41,218 nt of DNA from an uncultured Nitrospira sp. (GTDB taxonomy: Bacteria > Nitrospirota > Nitrospiria > Nitrospirales > Nitrospiraceae). The notes below the pieces were generated by a model that did no database searches, had not been told where the DNA came from, and saw only the letters and a program-made list of their open reading frames with translations. Positions within the stretch are counted from its first letter, which is position 1. Each line of letters begins with the position of its first letter. A program made the position numbers and the translations under genes. The stretch is taken from the NCBI GenBank assembly GCA_964530675.1, contig CAZGYZ010000001.1, positions 1-41,218 on the forward strand. Reading direction: 5' to 3'. This document shows positions 35,541 to 41,218 of this stretch, in pieces.

Positions 35541-35756
35541 ATGCATTGCGTAAGATGTGACGGGTTCATGGTGGCAGATAATTTGATCGACATACGGGAG
35601 AGCAGTATTCCAATGTGGATGAAAGGGTGGCGATGTGTGTCCTGCGGGAACATTGTCGATCCGCTCATTCAGAAACATCGCATGATCCAACAGTCAGGAG
35701 CTACACAATTGATCGAGAGAAAAACGGCAGCACCGCGGCTCCGTCACGTCGCTTAA
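35541..35756 (+). CDS. Zinc-ribbon miniprotein (71 aa), function unknown
   Basis: CVRC...CVSC (two CxxC pairs 28 residues apart). Strong RBS GAGAGGAGGG 5 nt upstream of the ATG. Confidence 0.6.
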   Translation: MHCVRCDGFMVADNLIDIRESSIPMWMKGWRCVSCGNIVDPLIQKHRMIQQSGATQLIERKTAAPRLRHVA

Positions 35757-36059
35757 CGCGACTGCCTAACTCCGTGGTGCCGCGGCTGACGATATCAACG
35801 AGCGGTGATCCCTTGCTGTGATATCAAGATGTACTCACTATAATTTTGGTCCTGCTGCCAGCCTTCCGGTGTCCCACGCGTTCTTCTCCATCGGCGTTCA
35901 GTCTTGTTCACCGAACTGTATGCTTTAGACCCTCTGTTCAGCGGGACTGACAGGGAATATTTCCGTTGGACTGTCGATAACAGTAAATAACTCGACAGCT
36001 TGGAGATGCCGTGCGAGGCTCGCTTTAGTACGGCATTTCTCTTGCGGAAGCATCTCGTC

Positions 36060-36830
36060 ATGGAACTCTCCCCTATGACAAAAGCCTGTGGCCTAGGAAT
36101 GGTCCAAAGCGGTAACCGACGGGATTATACGCGTGTCATAACCCTCAGTCTGGTTGTGACCGGATCCCTCCTGCTGCAAGGGTGCGTCGCAGGAGCTTGG
36201 GTGGCAGCGGTAGCAGTGGATTCAATGAGGAGCAGTAACGTGACCTTTGAGCCGTTTGAGCAATCATGGGTGGCGAAGCAGGATCAATCGAGCGATGCTG
36301 TTCCTAATTTGAAGGTGACGAGCGTGGCAGTCCTTCCGGTTGAGGGCGATCCAGAGATGGGCGCGCGGCTTGCTGCCCTGTTGCAGGAGGAGACCGCGTT
36401 GCGTGTCGAAACGCCGGTGAGCATTGCGGCAGGAGCCACCGTGATCGGTCCACGTTCGGCAAAAGCCGAAGAGATTGATCGTAGTACCCTGGCCAAGGAA
36501 GTCACGCGGAGCCTCAGTGTCGATACGGTTCTCGTCAGTCGTGTTGCTGTCGGTTCACCCTCGCACCCGAGCGACTGGGGGTGGAAAGCAGAGGACTCGC
36601 GACGCCTCTATCTGTACCTCATGAATCGCGATGGCCAACTGCTCTGGAAGGATGAATTGCCTTTCACGCTAGTAAAAGGTTCCACCTCGCAGCAGGAAGC
36701 ATCCATGCAGACTGATCTCAGCGATCATGTGATGCAGCATGTCAAAGAACTGCGCCTGGATGAACTTGGGTACTTACCGAAGAAGGCTTTTCACGGAACT
36801 CCGAGAAAAATAGGCGCCCTCACCCGCTAA
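36060..36830 (+). CDS. Hypothetical lipoprotein
   Basis: Hydrophobic segment ending LLLQGC (lipobox). The start is ambiguous (TTG 36000, ATG 36060, 36075 or 36099). No catalytic motif. Confidence 0.6.
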   Translation: MELSPMTKACGLGMVQSGNRRDYTRVITLSLVVTGSLLLQGCVAGAWVAAVAVDSMRSSNVTFEPFEQSWVAKQDQSSDAVPNLKVTSVAVLPVEGDPEMGARLAALLQEETALRVETPVSIAAGATVIGPRSAKAEEIDRSTLAKEVTRSLSVDTVLVSRVAVGSPSHPSDWGWKAEDSRRLYLYLMNRDGQLLWKDELPFTLVKGSTSQQEASMQTDLSDHVMQHVKELRLDELGYLPKKAFHGTPRKIGALTR

Positions 36831-36946
36831 CCCCCGGCGGCTACTTCACCTGCCAGTCATGAGACTGCACCTGATCGCTCTTCTTGCAGCGCGGCCATTC
36901 CTCCGGTACAGTCTGATTCTTTCTCCATCTCGGAGCGTCGTTCTCC

Positions 36947-38512
36947 ATGCCGTTGCTTGATGTGCCGTTACTGGCTCGTCTTCAGGAAGAGTTTCGTTTG
37001 TCGATGAAGCGACTTCTGGGCGACCTCTGTCTGGATTTGGAAAGCCAATATGCAGACGTTGCAAAATCGTTGGCTTTGCCTGTGGCGTACTTCCGTTTCC
37101 TCGGGCAATCACTCGAACGGGATACCTTTTCCCACTGGAAGGTGGTTGGCTGGATCGAAGCGCTGAACGACCTGGTCTACTTCATCGACTTGCTGAAACA
37201 AATTCGAGAGGAACGGAGTCCCCGTGAGTTTGCGGCGCAGTTATTTGCCGAGTGCGAAGAGAAGTTCTTCGAGAACAGTTATCTGGATGATCTATTTCCG
37301 CGCGGGCTTTCGCAGGCATCAGGACTCGAACGGCGACTCAACGAACTCTGTACCCGCCTCACTCAGGAGCTGACACAGGAATCGCTCTGTCTCGTGCCGG
37401 GACTTCCGATGTTGTGGTGCACTTCTCGCAAGATTCCGTCTTGGGCCATAGAGGTACACCTTGGCCACAACGTCGAACGGGCAGAGATGTTCGGAACGAT
37501 GGCCGTTGGGATGGAGGGCGATTTCTGTGAGGCCCCTCCCCCGGTGAAGAGAGCCCTGAAGCAATCATCCGGTCGAGCCGTTATTCTAGTTTCTCCGCAA
37601 GAGTTGTCCTTGAAGATCGGGCAAACTGTGACGCCGCTGTGCATGAGGCGAGGCAATCGGTTGGAGTGGTGCTGGGCGTACCGGCCGCCGGTCGTGGCGA
37701 CGGATACTCAACCCGGGGCCGTCACAGCCGGGCCGACGCTCGTCTATGGAAAGAATCGTCAGCCTCGTACCGTAGCTGCCACTTCAGCCGAACAGGTGAA
37801 GCGAATCAAGCAGGCCTGGACAATCATTCAAGAGGCTTGGCCGGAAGGGCAGGAGGTTGTCGCGCTCTTGACCTCTCGGATCGCCCCGCTCAAGGCTAAG
37901 GGCGTCGTCAGTTTCAGCTATCGCCACCGGCCAGGACTTTCCTTTATCAACTGTTTCGACCGAGACGATCTCGATCTGATCGACGATGTGATCCACGAGA
38001 ATAGCCATCATCACCTGAATCTGTTATTGCGCAAGCACGTCATGTATCACGGAGATCGCAACCAGCAGATCTTCTATTCCCCTTGGCGCCGCAGCCTGCG
38101 TCCGCTCAGAGGCATTCTCCATGCGGCATTTACCTTTACCATGGGGGCGATGCTCTTTGAACGGCTCTCAATGTGGGCGTCGGGGTTTGGTGGATCAGCT
38201 CGATGGAAGCGGGCAGGACTGACTCAGCGTGATCTGCAGCGAGCCAGGTTTCGCTGTCTTGAAGAAGTGGAGTCCGTCCGCTACTCGATCCAGGATTTGG
38301 AGTATGCCAGTTGGCATCTCAAGTGGCTCACAGGCTCAGGCCAACGGCTGGTCAAACAGTTGGCAGAAACAATCGAGCAGGTCGAGCAGAACATCTCACC
38401 CCACAGAAAATCAGTCCTCGCCTCCAAGTTCGGCCCAGCCCTCCGGCGTCACGTAAAGGAACTCCATCAAGCCCGCCAAACCTACGGGCCAGTAAGGTTG
38501 AGCAAAGCCTAA
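36947..38512 (+). CDS. HExxH-motif domain protein (resembles the aKG-HExxH peptide-modifying hydroxylase family)
   Basis: The C-terminal third carries HENSH (nt 37994-38008), followed by ...FYSPWRRSLRPLRGILHAAFTF.... From memory this matches the HEXXH motif domain family. The N-terminal 330 aa or so are unrecognised. Confidence 0.6.
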   Translation: MPLLDVPLLARLQEEFRLSMKRLLGDLCLDLESQYADVAKSLALPVAYFRFLGQSLERDTFSHWKVVGWIEALNDLVYFIDLLKQIREERSPREFAAQLFAECEEKFFENSYLDDLFPRGLSQASGLERRLNELCTRLTQELTQESLCLVPGLPMLWCTSRKIPSWAIEVHLGHNVERAEMFGTMAVGMEGDFCEAPPPVKRALKQSSGRAVILVSPQELSLKIGQTVTPLCMRRGNRLEWCWAYRPPVVATDTQPGAVTAGPTLVYGKNRQPRTVAATSAEQVKRIKQAWTIIQEAWPEGQEVVALLTSRIAPLKAKGVVSFSYRHRPGLSFINCFDRDDLDLIDDVIHENSHHHLNLLLRKHVMYHGDRNQQIFYSPWRRSLRPLRGILHAAFTFTMGAMLFERLSMWASGFGGSARWKRAGLTQRDLQRARFRCLEEVESVRYSIQDLEYASWHLKWLTGSGQRLVKQLAETIEQVEQNISPHRKSVLASKFGPALRRHVKELHQARQTYGPVRLSKA

Positions 38513-38529
38513 GTTCTTGATCGTGCTTC

Positions 38530-39522
38530 CTAAAACAGCCGTTTTTGGATTTCGACGGTTAGATCGTATTTGAATTCTGGCCAATGGAGTTCATTGGGAA
38601 GCCATTCTCTGATTTTCGCGATGATATTGGAAGCAGATGCAATAAGTTTATTGGCGGTTTCAGTACTGACGGGAGTCTGGCCAATCTTGGCTATTCCCTC
38701 ATGGACGAAAGCGTTTCGCGCATCTTTCAAATTCTTGAAGGCTTCCCACAACAATGGTTCGTCTTTTAGTGAGTGGCCTGTGAGGAATTTCATCAGAACA
38801 TCATATTGCTCTTCAAGAGCTGGTTCTTTAAGCCGATTACCGCGTTCATTTATCCAATGCCATAGTTCTGGTGGGACAACTTTAGTGGGGGCAAGGCGAT
38901 CTAGGACACGGGAAATGAAGACTTCCAATGCTGTAGCAGCGAGTACTAGGGCTGGCCCAATGCTCGGCATTTCGACTGTTGCATCGAGTAGGAGGCTTTC
39001 CCATGGAGGTGGCTCATAGTCCGGTGGCAGACTGAATACGTCAGTCCAAATCTTATTTGTCAACGCGATGAAGGAAAATGAGAAAGATTTTGTTCCTCGT
39101 CCCCTGACCAAACCTGCTTCTTCTTTGAATTCGCTTTCGTCATCGTTCAAATACCGCATTCGCCAAGTAACCAAAGGAAATCTTACGGGCCGCACCTGGC
39201 CTGCGCGTGCGACATGACGGAGGCGCGTGAGAAAAAAGTTGATGGCCCTGTCAATGACATCTTCTGGAGGATCGATGTGAGTCCCAGCGCGTCTATCGAA
39301 ACTCTCTTTGCGAAAATCAATTCGTAAGGCGTCTGCCTGAAATGCCGTAACACCGTCTATTGTGATTTTCTCTTCCTCAGTAAGAGGTGGAGCATTTTCA
39401 CTGCGTCCGGGTGGGTAGAAGTGAATCCCGTACCCTGAATCTTCAGCCTGGTACACAGGGAATTGCTGGCCATCAGGGACAGTTAGATGAAATGGCAGCA
39501 GTACAGACAATCGTGCAATCAT
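38530..39522 (-). CDS. Hypothetical protein with a C-terminal HEPN-like domain (Rx4H motif); low-GC gene
   Basis: Helical C-terminal region ...ALVLAATALEVFISRVL...LKDARNAFVHEG..., with R-N-x3-H at nt 38701-38718. Spot GC counts are about 42-47%, against about 53-60% for neighbouring sequence. Confidence 0.55.
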   Translation of the reverse strand: MIARLSVLLPFHLTVPDGQQFPVYQAEDSGYGIHFYPPGRSENAPPLTEEEKITIDGVTAFQADALRIDFRKESFDRRAGTHIDPPEDVIDRAINFFLTRLRHVARAGQVRPVRFPLVTWRMRYLNDDESEFKEEAGLVRGRGTKSFSFSFIALTNKIWTDVFSLPPDYEPPPWESLLLDATVEMPSIGPALVLAATALEVFISRVLDRLAPTKVVPPELWHWINERGNRLKEPALEEQYDVLMKFLTGHSLKDEPLLWEAFKNLKDARNAFVHEGIAKIGQTPVSTETANKLIASASNIIAKIREWLPNELHWPEFKYDLTVEIQKRLF

Positions 39523-39675
39523 TTCGGTGTCACGTGTGAGGTTACGTTAAGCCCTATGTAACTGTTAGGTTGTTCAAAGAGCTGTACGTCAAGACCGGAC
39601 TGCGGCTCTCCCCGCTTTACCACTCTTGATAAGTGTGTCGCCGTACGGATAGTCGGGTTGAGCTAGCGAGCCATA

Positions 39676-39775
39676 GGTAGGAGCGACTGGGGTGCTCTCA
39701 ACTGCGCGCGTCCAACGAGGGCCTTCCGAGGCCGCGCGTTGCGCGAGCAAGGAGAGCGTCCCAGTCGTTCCTGCC
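39676..39775 (+). repeat. Conserved 48-nt palindromic core with complementary arms (copy 3 of 3), directly 3' of the PKD/Ig-like gene
   Basis: Core at 39702-39749 (CTGCGCGCGTCCAACGAGGGCCTTCCGAGGCCGCGCGTTGCGCGAGCA). Arms GGTAGGAGCGACTGGGGTGCTCTC and GGAGAGCGTCCCAGTCGTTCCTGCC. Confidence 0.8.
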
Positions 39776-39777
39776 TC

Positions 39778-40839
39778 TTAGGGCTCAACGACAACATCCA
39801 CAAACGCCGGCACACTATCCGCTCCCTTCTTGTCCGTCACCCTTAGCTTAAACCGATACGTCCGTTTCTCCGACACGGTCGGTGCGAGGAAGGAGGCTTC
39901 GGCGTTATCCACGTCCAGCAGCGCGATCTTGTTGCCTCGCACCTGGCTCCACGAATAGTAGAGTGCTTCGCCTTCGGCATCGCGGCTCTTCAATCCGCTC
40001 AACTTCACTTTCGACCCAGCCTTCACGGTCTTGTTCGATCCTGCATCGGCGATCGGCGGTTCATTTGGTTCGTCATTGACGTTCACATCTACGTCGAGCT
40101 GAGCCTGCTTGCCGCGATTCGTGACTGTGAGCGTGGCTTTTCCGTTTCCGGCAATTTGCAGAAGGCCATCCTTCAAGACCTTGATGACCTTGCCATTGGA
40201 GGATTTGTAACTGGTGCCGCTGGCCGGTGAGCTGATCCGGCGGATTACGCCATCGGTGAATTCACCCACGACCGGCAGTTCGAAAATCTTGCCCAGGGAG
40301 TCTACGTGACCGAATGCGGAAGATTGACCGGCACGCCCGAGTTGCAAGGGCTTGTCGGTTTCAAAGTCGATGGCGGTGAGGGTAGCGGCAGGTTCGACTT
40401 GTACGACAATTTCGTCGAAGACGGATCTAGTGCCTAATCGTCCGCGCGAGATTTCTGCGACCGCCAGCAAGCGCATGGGCCCGATGCCGTCTTTCGGAAC
40501 CAACAAGGGGCCGCCGAAGGCCGGGTGATGATCTGACAATCCGATCAGCGCCACCGGCGCAACGATCGATCCCGTGGCTGTGGCGTCTTCTTGCTCTACC
40601 AGGGTGTCATCCTGTTCGCCATACCAATAGTAGCGGACCTGGATGATACCGGAATCTTTTCCGAGGTCCACGCTGGTTGTGACGGTTTTTCCCGCCGTCA
40701 GCTTCGCCCCTTCCGCCGGCTCGACGATCTTCAACGCTTGAACCGGTTGGGCTGCGAAAATGAGGCAAGTTGCCAACAGGAACAGACCGAGGCTTCGACA
40801 CCTCGTTTGACGTTTCACGTTTAACGTTTCACGCTTCAC
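39778..40839 (-). CDS. Secreted protein with a C-terminal PKD/Ig-like domain
   Basis: Signal peptide ...RSLGLFLLATCLIFAAQPVQA. C-terminal ...PIADAGSNKTVKAGSKVKLSG..S.D.EG..L.YSWSQV...FKLRVTD..G... pattern. The start is set at GTG 40839, 6 nt after AAGAGG; an alternative is GTG 40818. The ORF-track start at 41103 overlaps the upstream gene and is rejected. Confidence 0.75.
   Translation of the reverse strand: MKRETLNVKRQTRCRSLGLFLLATCLIFAAQPVQALKIVEPAEGAKLTAGKTVTTSVDLGKDSGIIQVRYYWYGEQDDTLVEQEDATATGSIVAPVALIGLSDHHPAFGGPLLVPKDGIGPMRLLAVAEISRGRLGTRSVFDEIVVQVEPAATLTAIDFETDKPLQLGRAGQSSAFGHVDSLGKIFELPVVGEFTDGVIRRISSPASGTSYKSSNGKVIKVLKDGLLQIAGNGKATLTVTNRGKQAQLDVDVNVNDEPNEPPIADAGSNKTVKAGSKVKLSGLKSRDAEGEALYYSWSQVRGNKIALLDVDNAEASFLAPTVSEKRTYRFKLRVTDKKGADSVPAFVDVVVEP
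40804..40838 (-). repeat. Degenerate heptamer tandem repeat, 5 units, at the 5' end of the PKD/Ig-like gene
   Basis: The plus strand reads CGTTTGA CGTTTCA CGTTTAA CGTTTCA CGCTTCA. On the coding strand each unit is (G)TGAAACG-like and encodes VKRETLNVKRQT. Confidence 0.85.
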
Positions 40840-40841
40840 GG

Positions 40842-41218
40842 TTACCTCTTTAGGTGGAAGGGGACATCGGTCAGGATGACTCGCTCTTTGAACAACAGCG
40901 CTGTCTTGAGGAGCAGCGCGCGTTGGTTGTGCAGGATGCCCTGCCACCAATGGGCGGGCAGAATCTCCGGGATCACGACGGTTACCCAGGTATCCGGCTC
41001 CTTTTTCAAGAGCTCCTCGACGTAGTCGAGGAAGGAACTCAAGACAGAACGATATGGGCAGGGTAACACCGACAACCGGACACCACAGCCCCATTGGGCC
41101 CACTGGATTTGTATGCGCGCCGTGGATTCTGCATCCACATCCACCATCACAGCCTGAATCTCACCGGGACGGCTGCGTGCGTAATCGACCGCGCGAATGA
41201 CCGCTTGATTGACGCCGT
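40842..41218 (-). CDS. 3' end of a gene running off the window; C-terminal cytoplasmic module resembling that of a family of APC-type permease fusion proteins
   Basis: The frame is open from the window edge (..GVNQAVIRAVDYARSRPGEIQAVMVDVD...) to the TAA at 40842. The tail VVIPEILPAHWWQGILHNQRALLLKTALLFKERVILTDVPFHL matches a motif I recall from such permeases. The function call is tentative. Confidence 0.5.
   Translation of the reverse strand, partial: GVNQAVIRAVDYARSRPGEIQAVMVDVDAESTARIQIQWAQWGCGVRLSVLPCPYRSVLSSFLDYVEELLKKEPDTWVTVVIPEILPAHWWQGILHNQRALLLKTALLFKERVILTDVPFHLKR

Noticed and set aside
35791-35846. Two GATATCAA motifs 29 bp apart, followed by a perfect TATAAT hexamer, upstream of the lipoprotein gene
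   Set aside because: Only a weak -35 element (CTGTGA) is present, and the site is more than 200 nt from the nearest start. The short repeats are within chance expectation. It is noted as a possible promoter/operator but not supportable.
40840-41103. N-terminal extension of the PKD/Ig-like ORF (start at 41103)
   Set aside because: It would overlap the 3' end of the upstream gene by about 260 nt in another frame. An RBS plus GTG at 40839 gives a normal signal peptide immediately after the upstream stop.
1-41218. Search for CRISPR arrays, rRNA, transposase/integrase genes, prophage modules and riboswitches (for example Moco upstream of moeA)
   Set aside because: - No regularly spaced direct repeats with spacers were seen.
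- No rRNA-like sequence was seen.
- No ORF has DDE, serine- or tyrosine-recombinase motifs.
- moeA has only a 13-nt upstream gap, leaving no room for a riboswitch.

Overview
This is a chromosomal-looking 41.2-kb bacterial window with dense coding and GC in the mid-to-high 50s by spot counts. Gene content and style resemble a Nitrospirota/Nitrospira-like organism, but that is an unverified guess from memory. All protein calls come from reading motifs in the supplied translations; no searches were run.

Layout, left to right:
- 3' end of tRNA-Asp.
- A complete Tol-Pal cluster (tolQ-tolR-tolA-tolB-pal-extra coiled-coil gene-cpoB).
- mutL-miaA, MTA phosphorylase, a PfkB kinase, a PilF-like TPR lipoprotein plus a RodZ-like gene, and a small cytochrome c.
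- On the minus strand, a GT2 glycosyltransferase plus a caspase-fold lipoprotein that appears catalytically dead.
- An unknown lipoprotein, HtrA, TatC, Mrp/ApbC, MoeA-MobB, an ABC-2 exporter pair and an RRM RNA-binding protein.
- A minus-strand block: GAF-sigma54 activator, sigma54 promoter, an unknown 137-aa gene, DevCA-like ABC exporter, HlyD adaptor, NodT outer membrane factor and an orphan receiver.
- An NFACT/RqcH-like gene.
- A lineage-specific islet (35.3-39.8 kb): a zinc-ribbon miniprotein, a lipoprotein, an HExxH-motif protein and a low-GC gene with a C-terminal HEPN-like Rx4H motif.
- A secreted PKD/Ig-like protein and the 3' end of a permease-associated gene.

No rRNA, CRISPR array, transposase or integrase was seen.

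The non-coding fraction is unusually structured:
- A MITE-like family with shared termini.
- A 48-nt conserved hairpin core in three copies, with compensatory changes.
- A 217-bp element with perfect 20-bp inverted termini.
- Two heptamer tandem repeats at gene starts.
- A pair of near-identical palindromes bracketing the sigma54 activator gene.

The best candidates for something new are the HEPN-like islet gene, the sigma54-controlled exporter operon with its unknown lead gene and twin palindromes, and the pseudo-caspase/GT2 pair.
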